A stretch of DNA of 64,000 nucleotides. Origin: Octopus vulgaris. Its lineage: Eukaryota. A program made the translations under genes and the position numbers. Each line of letters starts with the position of its first letter. The stretch's first letter is position 1. The notes below the pieces were generated by a model. That model was not told the DNA's origin and ran no database searches. It was given only the letters and a program-made list of their open reading frames with translations. Below, one piece after another: positions 25,906-38,670 of this stretch. The DNA lies in the NCBI GenBank assembly GCA_951406725.2, contig OX597821.1, positions 73,222,001 through 73,286,000 of the forward strand, given 5' to 3'.

Positions 25906-28178
25906 AAATATTAGGGGATACTTCAATAACTGTTACTCTGTGCATTGCATTTTTGATGGTGTGTTTTCTTCTGTGTTCTGGGATTTCCTGTGGTGTAGAT
26001 ACTCTTTGAACTGATAACTCATTTATTAATTTGTGGTGAATATCATCTTTGTAATCCGATATTATAAGTTCGATACTGTCCTCATCAAGTTCTGAATTGT
26101 TCATCAATTCTGAGAGAAACTTGAACCTTTTTGCAATCTGCTCATATGGGTCCATCCTCTTGCTTAACTGGATTATCAAGCATTCATAGACTTGATTTAG
26201 AATTTCTATCCTAAATTTGTCAGCCCCTTTTATAGAAGCCCTATCACTTGTTCCATCTGCAAATTTCTTTGTAACAATGCGTTTGGAAACATCAAAATAA
26301 TTTGAGAAGATATATTCACATAAACCTTTTGCTACTGATTCACAACGTGCAATCCTGTCGGCTGAATTTTCTCGTAGTTCTTTAACAAATGAAAGCAAAG
26401 ATGCTAGCAGAAGGTAACCTTCAAATACATTAAAACCAGGGGTTTGGAGTTTCTTACTTGCTTTGTTAAAACACTCCGTAACTCCTTCCCAAACAACTGT
26501 TAAAACAGCATATACCACTTTTACCAATTTGTGGTATAAAAAATTCTTTGCATTTTGCTTACATTCAGGGTTCTTTCTGAGTCTTCAAACATGTTTGAGA
26601 GTTTGTAAAATATCCCTATGTCCATTTTTAATTGCTTGGACTGCTTCACAGTGTGAAGATCATCTAGTTACACTTAAGCTCTTTAGAGAAAAGGCTAGAT
26701 TGCCCTGTGTGTTCAAAACCCCCCATCTTCGAGGAGATTCAGAAAAGAAAACCTACAGATGCTGCAAGATGCCAAAATAGTCAACAACTTCAGGTACAAT
26801 AAACACTGCCTTTTACCAAACAAGTTTGAGTGAATGGTTTCCACATGGTACATAGTCTGCGTAGTTGTTAATGTTTTATAAGAAGTGCTTGCAGCCCTTT
26901 CTCTGAGCCCTTCATGTTGGAAGCATTATCGTACGACTGACCATGTGCATTTTCAAGTGAAATGTCATGCTTCCCCAGAAATTGTTTTATTTTGTTGAAC
27001 AAGGTCGTGGATGAATGTTTTTCTATTGACAAAAATGCTAAAAATCTCTCACGGGGTTTTCCATTATAACAGTATCGAATCACAATTACCAGCTGGTCAA
27101 CATGTGCCATGTTAGGTGGAGAGTCAACAATAATTGAGTAGTATTTGATGTCTAGGTTGTTGATCTGATTCACCACTTCATCTCTCACTTGTTTTCCCAT
27201 AATTTCTATCAATTCTTCATACACAGATTTGGATAGGTAAGTAATATTTACTTTTTCATTTTTTTTTACATTTCTCTAAATGTTCATGTAAAAATAGGTG
27301 AAACTCCGCAATAAGCTCAATGGTCCCCCCATGAAATTTCCATTGTTTGGGGAGCCCCACTTTTCCTCATGACCTCTAAATACTAAATCTCTTCCACTTA
27401 AAAACTTTATAACTGCTACAATTCTTTTTAGTACTTCAAAATAGTACTGCATGTTTTTTCCCCAACTCTTCCTCAAGTTGTTGATCCACAGTGTTTTTAT
27501 TTGACTCTCATGTTATCCAACTCGACATTGCCCTTTTATGTTCCATGCTGTCTTCATGATTTTCTAGAGTTCTGAATATATTCATCCAATCAGAAAACCC
27601 ACCCGTTGTCAGTGATATTTGGCATTTAGAAAAGAGTTTGCTCTTTGAGTAAACTAACCAGGATCTCATTACAGTCTGACAATTTTTTCAATCTTTTTTT
27701 CAAAGTGCTTTTTTGAGAAACTTCGATTTTGCTGTTTGTAAATCTTGTTGGATTTAGTTTATATATTATCTGGTTTCAAAAAAAAAAAAGCTGATGTTTT
27801 GTATTAAACAGTTTTTGTATGAAATCCTTATCAATTGTTACGGGCCAGTTTGTCAGGTCACTGTATTCTTTGCAATCACTAAATTTCCTTCTTGATTCCT
27901 GTTTCCTCTTTTCTTGAAGTCCTTGACCACCGTGATCATCATCAGCACCAGAAGTTTCAACAGTAGCTTGATTATTGCTAAACAGAACACTCATGCTTTG
28001 TGCCCTGTCATTGACTTCACTGGTGCTTGCATGGCTTTGTTTCACTTGCAGGTGATGACAAACTTTTACTTGACATTGTAAATTAATTTGATAGTTTTTC
28101 ACATTTAGAAATTTCGTTAGATTGCTTTTCTTTGAGTTGGCGTTTCTGGTATCCGCTTAAGTACTTTCTTGAAGACAT
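25905..28178 (-). pseudogene. hAT transposase pseudogene (DUF4371/ZMYM1-like)
   Basis: ATG at 28178 (MSSRKYLSGYQKRQ). Motifs FRGHEE..NNGNF, YYSIIVD...DQL..IRY, GQSYDNASNM and VIEVxPN across frameshifted ORFs. The C-terminal dimerisation region is not apparent beyond a nested SINE. Confidence 0.85.
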
Positions 28179-28771
28179 TGCTATTCCTCTTGGGACCTAG
28201 AACTCTAGGAAAAAAAATTGTGGGCAATATTTTCATTAGCCACAGTGAGACAGAGATCGATCAAGATAAGCGTCCACAACTTAATATAAAGTAATAAATG
28301 AAGAAGTGTTCATTTTGTACAAGGTGACATTCAAACAATTTTTAAAATAGAAAAAAATGCTTCGTTACTCCAAAATTAGGAAGCAAACCCTCTCATTGGT
28401 CATTAAATAATGGTGTGAAAATAAGAATTCTTATCTCTGCTGTGCTGATGTAGTAGCAGACATATTTGACATATTTGACAATGATGTAGCAGCAAACGTA
28501 TTTACAAAATAATTCGAGCAAAGTGAATTCTCTGCGAGACGTTTGCACTTTTATTCTTTATGTTACTCAACACCGGCAAAACAACAGGGGAACAACTCGT
28601 GTCTAGACACTGCGTACAGAATGAATAAATTAAGTTGCTTCAGAGGGGCCCCTCGGGGATTAGGGGCTCTCTTAAGCTTCATTTGTAGATCCGTCACTGG
28701 CCTCGGGCTGACTAAAGCCTTGTGGGTGGATTTGGTAGACAAAAACTGAAAGAATCCCGTCGTATATATGT

Positions 28772-28829
<58 letters not shown>

Positions 28830-29088
28830 TTGTGCTTGTGTGTTTCTCAACATCGCTTGACAACTGGCGTTGGTATGTTTACGTCCCCCGTAACTTAGCG
28901 ATAGAATAAGTAGCAGACTTACAAGGAATAAGTACTAGGGTCGATTCGTTCGACTAAAAATTCAAGGCAGTGCCCCAGCATGGCCGCAGTCTAATGACTA
29001 AAACAAGTAAAAAAACAAAACGATATATATATGTATGTATATATATATATGTATATATGTATGTATATATATATATATATATACATAC

Positions 29089-29142
<54 letters not shown>

Positions 29143-29149
29143 TCTTTAC

Positions 29150-29560
29150 TCTTTACTCTTTTACTTGTTTCAGTTATGTGACTGTAGCCATGCTGGGGCA
29201 CCGCCTTTAGTCGAGCAAATTGACCCCAGGACTTATTCTTTGTAAGCCTAGTACTTATTCTATCGGCCTCTTTTGCCGAACTGCTAAGTTACGAGGACGT
29301 AAACACACCAGCGTCGGTTGTCAAGCGATGTTGGGGGACAAACACAGACACACAAGCATATACACACACATACATATACATATACACATATATATATATA
29401 GGACACGCTTCTTTCAGTTTCCGCCTAACAAATCCACTCACAAGGCTTTAGTAGGCCCTAGGCTATAGTAGAAGACATATGCCCAAGGTTCCACGCAGTG
29501 GGACTGAACCCGGAACCATGTGGTTCGTAAGCAAGCTACTTACCACCTTGCCACTCCTAT
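29150..29560 (-). mobile_element. Family-A SINE, tail-to-tail with the preceding copy
   Basis: Reverse-complement match to 50090-50560. Confidence 0.85.
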
Positions 29561-29563
29561 ACA

Positions 29564-29651
<88 letters not shown>

Positions 29652-29664
29652 TCTATATATATAT

Positions 29665-30418
29665 ATGCTAGATATAGACCTCATATGGTCTGACCACTAA
29701 GAAAAGATTGTTCTCAAGAAAATTCAGCAGTCAGTGGTCATCTCTCTTATATGTATGTATTATAATTTTCCTGAATCTTCAGATTTTTTTAATATGCTAG
29801 GCTACTGGTTGATATTGATATTAATCAAATTAATATTCAATTTTTTACACTTATTATTTAAATTTAAATAACCATGTTCTCTAACCGGCAGGATTCACTG
29901 CAGAAAATTATTTTCTGTATAATTATTTCCGGTTTTTGGCGCGCTGAAACGAAGACATTTGAAATATACCCCCAAATATAATTGGCAAAACTATATGCAT
30001 GTTCAATCTCGTGTGGACGTCTCGTGTATAGTTCTGCAAATTATATTTTGCTTTGACGCTCATACTGATGAATTCCGGACATTTATGTATGTAATTATGT
30101 AAGTGGTAACAATGAAATCTGGTATGTGACTAATTTTTGTATCTTTTCATTTGTCTTGATCGCTTACGTTCAAGACAAATTTTCTTGATCACTTACATTC
30201 TGGCGTTTGCTGAATTTTCTTGAGAAAATTCGTTTCTTAGTGGTCAGACCATATGGGGTCTACATCTAGCATGTTGGGTGTCCACTTAGTGATCATCCCT
30301 CATATGTATGTAATATCATTTTCCTGAATCTTCAGATTTTTTAATATGCTAGACCACTGGTTTACATTGATATTAATCAAATTAATATTCTATTTTTTAC
30401 CCGTATTATTTAAATTTA
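29665..30418 (+). mobile_element. TA-flanked element with partial direct repeat and inverted 5' segment (Penelope-like architecture)
   Basis: 29665-29729 is the reverse complement of 30208-30272. 29733-29867 repeats directly at 30288-30418. Confidence 0.65.
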
Positions 30419-30480
30419 TGTATGTATGTATGTATGTATGTATGTATGTATGTATGTATGTATGTATGTATGTATGTATG

Positions 30481-30575
<95 letters not shown>

Positions 30576-32974
30576 GTCTTGTCAGAAGAGAAGTGAAATG
30601 ACTATAACCTTTTGTAAACTTGCTTCAAAGCTTGCAGTTAAGTTTAAACACATATAACTTAATGTGCTGGATGTGAGAGATTAATAAAGCTTCGATTTTA
30701 GTGAAGAAGATTGGAAGAAGTGTTCAGTGATCAACTGAAGTAGAACGCATCAGGCCTATCGAAAGGAAGGGAAGTGGTAGATGTGAATAGATACAGTATG
30801 TAGCTAGTGAGCGCATATGTGTCGAGACATTGTAGTATCCGTAGAAGAATCAGAGAGAAAGTGCTGTGTCTATGACCCAGTGTTGTAGCTTGTTAATGAA
30901 TATAAAATCAGTGGGATGGTCATCTTTTGGATGTGTTCTGGAATATTTGAGTTTATGACAACAGAGCTGTCCTAGAACTACATTGGAGTCGAAATCTAGC
31001 ATAGATCTCAATTGATCTCAATAGGGATCAACCGTTTATAAGAGTATCGCTCAATCGGTCTTTTGGTGAGCTGTGCATATCAAATTGACTGATAATGGCT
31101 AAACCGTTTAACCCGGGACCATGAACGCTTTCAGAAAGTTATGTACTCTTTAATAGTTTTGTCACCATATTTGTATTGAAATACACTGCCTTTTGTTTCA
31201 ATTAAATATGAAGAATTTTATTTTAAATAACCTTATTGTTGTTAAGTTGGTGTTGGAACATAAATTAACATGAAATTTTGATGAATCTTTTAATTGAGAT
31301 CATTGTAATGCAGAAAGCTTGTATCATAGGGCCAGGGACGGTCTCAGGTGGGTTAGTATCAAAAGAGTTGATGTTCGTAACTATCATTCATCAGGATGAA
31401 TTTGAGTATCTGACAACATACTGAAATAAGTTCGTTTCTTTTATTTAAGATCAGAATGATATGACGTTTTTCTGTCACACAGCAGACATAGAACTTAGAA
31501 CCAGACCGTTCCTAAACACTAATGGCTTATCTTTTAGTATTTATGAATGGGTCATAGGACTTGCGAAAGAATTACAATGCTAATCAGATCAAAACTTTTC
31601 TAAAAAAAAAAATAATAATCTCAGAGATCAGCATATTTGTATGTTGACAGGATGACGTTAAGAAGCTGAATGTTTGTAGCTACAATTCTTTTATTGCCAA
31701 ACAAATACGAATATCCACTAAAAGAGGCAGGCTGAGGGAGAGGTGAGGAGAGGGGAGAGAAAATGAGACAGAGTCAAAGACAATCAGAAAGAAGCAGGCA
31801 GAGACATAGAGAAGAAAGGCGGAAAACGAGACAAATTGAGTGAGACACGCAGAGGAAGACAGACGTACAAGGTGAGAGAAAAACAGAGAGAAGGAATTTA
31901 AGAAATATTTTGAAAAATATTTCTTCCTCTACGTATTGGAAACATTGACATCTAGCATCATTATTTGTTTTTCATTCTATGTATGCCGAAGTTTTCTACA
32001 GATAGTCTGAAAGACCAGTTTTACCACTTTTCACTGTTTCTGTTTTGCGTCTTTGTTTTTCTAACTTAAAACAAAATACAAAAATCGAAATCGTAAATTT
32101 ATATCAGAACAAATGGAAAAAGTAATTTGATTACAGAAAAGGTAAAGAAGATTGGGATATTTAACCTGGTCACATGTCTCCACCGTAAATAACGGTGCTA
32201 CTTATTTAGAGAATATTTGATTCAGACAACTCAATATAAACGTTCATCAATCAAATTACAAGAATAATTTACCAAGTCTGGCAACAAAACGTAGAATGGC
32301 GCTGATGGAGCAGAATATAATTTGTATATCTTTATAGAATGAATAGTGCTACTAGAATTTCAAATCTTGGTAAAGAAGCACAAAAAGTTTTACTGCAAAT
32401 GTTTGAATCAAAACTTTAGCGATTTGCAATTTTAAAATGGTGCCACACTAAATTGTTGATGCGATATCATTGTTACTGTTTCAGACTTAAATCTCTGCAA
32501 AACATTCAAACAGCAAATGGTTTGAAAGTCTGGGATTGTTGCTTTGTGAGTTATATTTACAGAAATATTTGGGAAGACCATTAGTAGCTTGTTGTTGCTG
32601 TTGTTGTTGTATATCAGGTTAACTTTGATTGAGCAGACAACGGCTGCTATTTCTAGTAGGTTGAGTTATTTAAAAAGGCTCCTTTGTCAACTTATATGAA
32701 GGACGACTTTTTAGTGCAGCGGGCAAAAATTTCCTAAGAAAAAGGTCCGCGGGCGGATCAGAGGTCCTAACTCTTATATCTGTGCAAATCTTGTATATAT
32801 CTATGTATAATTTGATATACATTAATAAAGATAGGTTTAACACATTAAACCAACACGCAACATCTTCATTAACGCCGCCACTGAATTTAAGACGTTTATA
32901 TTACTTATGAGATATTCTGTATTTTTCCGCTAAAGTGTAGATGGGTCTCAAGGGGGTGTTTTTTTTTTCTTGTT

Positions 32975-33240
32975 TGTTCCTTCTCGAGCCACGCCTGGCT
33001 CATAAGGGCCGGTTTCCTTGGCGTATAGGTTCCCCACCTGGACGGGACGCCGGTCCGTCGCAGGTGAGCTGGAAGATGCAGGAGGAAAGAGTGAGAGAAA
33101 GTTGTGGCGAAAGAGTCAGCAGAAGTTCGCCATTACCTTCTGCCGGAGCTGCGTGGAGCTTAGGTGTTTCGCTCATAAATACACACATCGCCTGGTCTGA
33201 GATTCGAACCCGCGATCCCGAGTCCGCTGCTCTAACCACT
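32975..33240 (-). mobile_element. tRNA-derived SINE, probably inside a hAT-like MITE (~32700-33480)
   Basis: Minus-strand agtggttagagcagcggactcgg..gggttcgaatctc (A/B boxes). The putative MITE ends in ccatccctg. Confidence 0.6.
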
Positions 33241-34757
33241 AGAGGGTGGTGTAATCTTAGCAACATGTGTTTTATAGTGAAAACAAAATTTCCATTCAAA
33301 TGGCAATTACCGGACGATTTCAGACTATTTTAAGTCGCAGTGAAAACGCGAACACTGTCGCAAATAGTTATACGAATATTGAATAAATTTTGATTGAAGA
33401 ATTTACTGTATTTTGTACATATGAGTTATATCAGCCTGCGGGCACAATAAAACAGGCTCGCGAGGGTTTCTCCATCCCTGGCCTATGAAATTGTAATGTC
33501 GTTTGGTGAGCTCATCTTGTCTCACCTTATCTTATCTTGCCTTACCTTGCCTTATTTCGCAATGCCCTCGACTGCTGGTGGCGTTGAAGGGACGCCGTCG
33601 TGACATATGGTGCGTCTGGCGCTGTTAGACCTGATGGTGCCCATTCCTCTTCAGGTTCAACTACAGACGATTTCTTCCTGAAAGAGAGATAGAAGGGGGG
33701 AAAAATAGAAAAAGAAAAAATATCCGCCCCGGTACAACACTCGTGCTTTATTTAGCGACCTCGAAAGGGTGAAAGCAAATTTGACTTTGGCGTAATTTGA
33801 ACTCAAAACGATTACTCTTCCACCCCGCTATACAAACTCTCCGACAGTTGACCGCTTTTGCTGCGTACAAATCTGATGGCGAATCAAATGTTTAGAAATT
33901 TACTGAAGCAGCTGTGAAGACAATCAACTGGTAGTTAATGCGCACGCGCGCGCACACATACACACACATACACACACACACACACATACATACACACACA
34001 CACACACACATAACAGGTGTGTTGTGGCTGTTTGACTCCAAGTTAACCATGACCGAACGGTTCTATGAAATCTACAAAGACATTCCAAATGAGGACATCC
34101 CGTCTTTTTAAGGGTTTCTAGGACTGCATTAGTTTCTTTCCTTTTTTAATAGTAGGTGTGATTAGATGAAGAATAGGCTGCTATTTTCATCAGGTCGAAT
34201 GCCTATATAAAAGCTCCATAACAAGACCGACAACAACTGAATACATTGTACATCGGACATTGACTTCGGAACCATTGGCTTTGCTACATTATCCTTACAA
34301 TTTGCCGCTACTTTCACATCTACACAAAACTGAACGGTTTTTAAGAAATACTAGAAACTTTCTAAAACTGAATACAGTAAGTCCTTCTCCCACAGTAGAA
34401 CAAGATGGCTGATATTGTTTCCAGGAAGTGGAGAGGTTTTCAACATTGAAATAACTATCCTTACTCACACGGGACTTCCTACTGCAATGGAAAACTTCTT
34501 TTTCTAAAATTGAACGAAATATCAATGACACATTAATTCCTTAATGAGAATTTGCTAAACTTGCATTGAAGAACTTGAAAGATGAAACACTCCTTGAACT
34601 GCAATCCATTAGGAGCTTTTGGAATTAGTTAAGCTTTTATTCCTTCTACAAAGGAATAACCGTTGTGGACGCCGGTGTCAGCAGTCACACACAAAGATAG
34701 AAAAACATACATTCATAAAACTCACAATGGCAGCCACCGCTACCACCACCACCCTCA

Positions 34758-34799
<42 letters not shown>

Positions 34800-35755
34800 C
34801 ACACACACACACACACACCCTCACACACACACACACACGCTCACACACACACACACACACACACCGAGGCATGTATTCATACACTCACTTAACGATTTCA
34901 AATTGTAAGTTTTTCCTTCTCTAAATATTTCTTTAGTTTTAGAGGAATTAAATTTAGACGGCTTCAATAAAATATCCATTCCGCCCACCACATCATTAAT
35001 TCACCCACTCCCCTCTAACACTCCTCATCCATTATCCACACTCCCACACGCACACACACTCATCTATTATAACGCTCATCGCACAGCTCTAAGTGGACCC
35101 TAACATGCTAGAAATAATAGCCCAAATCTCCCGCAAATTATGCCCTGCCGTGTTCAAGACAAGATTATCATTAGCTAGTATTGGGGTCAGGTCATTCGTC
35201 CGTGGATTACTTCCACTAGTCATGGAGGGCATGTAAAGAACGCTACTCGTTCTCCTCTGACTAAAACCAACGACGACCGTCACTGGAGGTGACTACGATT
35301 AGATACCGTGTACCGTGGTTCCACTAATCGTTTTAGATACCTGTGCAACTGCGATCAGACACAAGCGCTCTCTCGACCCTCTCACCCATGCGCCAGAGGA
35401 ACCATCCAAAACGGATGACAAAGTAAGCGAGAGCTCCACCAGCGGCCCTCGGTTGGTACATATTTCGCAGTTTTGTGCCCATCATAGATTTTGTGATTTG
35501 TTATATAGTGGTCAGAGGTTTTAGTGCTGTCCTCTCCCCTCCCTACAACAAATCTATGGCTGATATAATGTATTCTTTGTATACTTATGCTCTTTTCCGG
35601 GCAGAATTCCGCTTTAAGCACCCCATATAACACCCTCGTAACTTTTTCTTCTTTTTTTTTTTTGTTTGGTATTTTCAGAAAATATTTGCAAATGTGTGTT
35701 CTACTCACGGGAATTCATATGTTCATGCCAAGAATATATATATATATATATATAT

Positions 35756-35990
35756 ACACGCGGTCACATATATGATTCAATATGTGACCGCGTGTGTATC
35801 GTTGGCGATTTTTTTTCTCCGTCTTCCCTTCCTTGGATCTTTCCTTTTCCTATGTTTCTGACGAAGAGCTCCGCTCGAAACGTTAGATTCTCCTTCTTTC
35901 TTTCCTTTCCTGAGCGTCCAATAACACTATACTTGTTCCACGTCCTCGCGTTGTTGTTTTTTCTCTTTGCTCATGTTTGGATTAACTATA
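35756..35990 (+). mobile_element. TA-flanked mini-element with hammerhead-like motif and terminal inverted repeat
   Basis: CTGACGA-A-GAGC-TCC-GCTC-GAAACGTT at 35858-35884. 16-bp inverted repeat 35756-35771 / 35780-35795. Confidence 0.6.
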
Positions 35991-36011
35991 CACACACACA
36001 CACACACACAC

Positions 36012-36081
<70 letters not shown>

Positions 36082-36271
36082 CCCCCTTCGGTCATGAATG
36101 ACCATGGGATTGCACCTAGAAAGTTACCCTCCTAGACACAAGTCCGGGCAAGGTTGTTTATGGAAGACCAGCAGTCGCCCATGCATACCAGCCTCCCCTC
36201 TCCACGCCACCAGTGTTATCCAAGGGAAAGACAAAGGTCGATACAGCTTGGCACCAGTGACGTCGCAACTC

Positions 36272-36317
<46 letters not shown>

Positions 36318-36489
36318 GAAGCGATCGTTAGTTGAAAGTTATTGAAATAACCTAACGCCATAATACAAGCTTAACTTGGTTGCAATTGAATTCCATTACC
36401 GTCTTTATAACCTTACTGATAAGAAGACCACTTACGGAGTTTTTTATTGTCAAATCGATGACCACCATCTTGAAAACTCATAAACATAT

Positions 36490-36548
<59 letters not shown>

Positions 36549-37914
36549 GTATGATATGCTATGTGAAGGTAACCCAAACAGTGAGAATACACTCAACAAG
36601 TTTTAAAATTTCCTTATTTAATAGGTGCATCTTAACAAGATTATAGAAATAACTACTGAGAGTAATTAGTTACCATTACAAGATAATAATAGCCACTGGT
36701 AGTCACTGACCGCATCAGTTCAATGGATCCTGTCGAAACTCTTCCTCCTAGTCTTCTAAAATGAGGAAAAGTTTTATGAAAACTCAAATAAAATAACTTT
36801 ACCATCTTAAGTAAAACAAAACAACGTCTGCTGCCACGTCTTTGGCAGAAATTTATAAATAAAATAACAAAAATAAACAAGAATAGATACATAAGAAATA
36901 TATTGAACAATGGAAGAGACTCGATCTTTGGTGATTCGTTTTTAAGCCCGTTAAAAACTCGCTGTGAGTATGAATAATAGATGTGACAACTCTGATGAAG
37001 TAGATAAGTTGAATAACGTTTGCATTGAATATTTGGTAAAGTTCTTTGTTTTCACTGGAAGATGGAATGAGACGACAAATTGGAAAGACTGGAACGGTGT
37101 AAATATTTGATTGAGAGTCGAGTAGCGCTGGGGGATGCCGAATGCTTGAATCAATTGCGTGGCTTTAAAGTTTTAGAAAACGTTACCTCTTTCGCATTTT
37201 GGTGTAAACCAATGCCAACTCTACCAGACCATTCATTCCTGAATGGAATTGGAGGGAAAACGTGGTGGTGGTGGTGGTGGGGGAGTTTATAAAGAGTGAA
37301 TTAAAAGATTTTCTCCAGCCGAGACAACTTTGATGATTTATTTGTCTGCCATCGCTACTAAATTCTTGCGTCGAACCTGATTCTGACCCAATTCCTTGCT
37401 TTGTAACAAGAAGACAAACAAGAACACCGTTAACAATGTCCTCTCATGCAAATGAAAGTCTGGTATGCTAAACGCGACGAACTAAAGGATTTCAAGGAAA
37501 TAGTATTTATTAGACTGGGGTGGTGGTGGCGGGGGGGTATGATGGTAGCGGGGGAGATGGTGGCCGGGGTGGGGTGATGGTGGCATTGTTTTGCCTCCCG
37601 TCAACTGTATTATACAGACCTATGAGCAAAAGCATTCCAGCCGTGACTCTCCCACTTTATAAGTATACATCATGCAACGTATACTTTTCATGTTTAAAAC
37701 TAAATTTTAGGGAGAATTTGGCTGCGATTTTCAGCATGTCGAGTTTCCTCCTTGACTCCTTATTTCTGGTGCTGTTTGATTCAGCTCGCTCTTGGTTGAC
37801 CCTAGACCAGGGTCAGGGTCGTTCCATTCGCTACCTTCACGTTCTTTTCCGGCGCTCTAACAATGCAGTTGGTTCCTCGCCTTCCAAGAAAATAACGACA
37901 ACGAGGCCACTAAA

Positions 37915-38118
37915 AGGCGAAGCGTCAGCACGCCGAACGAAATACTTAGCGCTATTTCGTCTGTCTTTACGTTCTGAGTTCAAATTCCGCCGAGGTCGAC
38001 TTTGCCTTTCATCCTTTCAAGGTCGATAAAATAGGTACCAGTTGTGCACTGGGGTCGATGTAATCGACTTAACCTTTCCTTTGAAATTGCTGGCCTTGTA
38101 CCAAAATTTGAAACCAAT
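37915..38118 (+). mobile_element. Family-B SINE
   Basis: Body and ...ccaaaatttgaaaccaat tail. Confidence 0.75.
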
Positions 38119-38419
38119 AATAATTGCGAATGAGTTTGTGATAACGGTTCCAACTGTCAAAATTTGATACAGTTAAAAATAAGGAAACTGGTGATTCTTG
38201 TGACGACAGAGTAACTTAGCTGCTGGTTTTAACCGACTCAGCTCGCGTTCTACAAAACAACATCATAATCCCGTTACAAAGAATGAAAATGTGATCTCAG
38301 TTTATAAATTCAATGGCAACAATTGTTTCATTCGTACTCTTTCATTTTTATTTGTGGAAATCATTTCGTTACAAACTTTGTTGGGAAAAAAAAATCTGTG
38401 ACGAGCTGTATGGGTTAAG

Positions 38420-38670
38420 AAACCCGCTTGACATCCACAAGCTTTTGAGTTCAGTCTCATCGAGTGACATCTTGGGTAAGTGTCCTCTACTATAGACCCG
38501 GGTCGCCCAATGCCTTGTGAGTGAATTTGGTAGACGGAAACTGTGTGGATGCCTGTCGTACATGTGTGTGTGTGTGTGTTTGTCTCACCACCACCGGTTA
38601 AAAGTAACCAGACTTGAAAATAAACCCTTTAATGACGGTGCCCCAGCATGGCCGCAGTCCAGTTACTCAA
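38420..38670 (+). mobile_element. Family-A SINE, diverged and internally deleted
   Basis: ttggtagacggaaactg and ggtgccccagcatggccgcagtc blocks. Confidence 0.65.

Larger units (their letters stand above)
25530..28699 (-). mobile_element. hAT DNA transposon (Tip100/ZMYM1-like), decayed
   Basis: TIRs caatagtggatctacaa / ttgtagatccgtcactg. 8-bp TSD gccttggg (25522-25529) / gcctcggg (28700-28707). Splits a family-A SINE. Confidence 0.9.
25420..29010 (+). mobile_element. tRNA-derived SINE (family A) interrupted by the hAT element; pieces 25420-25529 and 28700-29010
   Basis: The joined pieces reconstitute the intact copy at 50090-50560. Confidence 0.85.

Noticed and set aside
34250-34600. Cys-rich C-terminus reminiscent of Ginger/KRBA2-type integrases
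   Set aside because: Only vague motif similarity, with stops; not supportable without a search.
36075-36275. TA-flanked GC-richer repeat fragment, checked for a ribozyme
   Set aside because: No hammerhead or HDV core found; probably a SINE or RTE-related fragment that I cannot classify.
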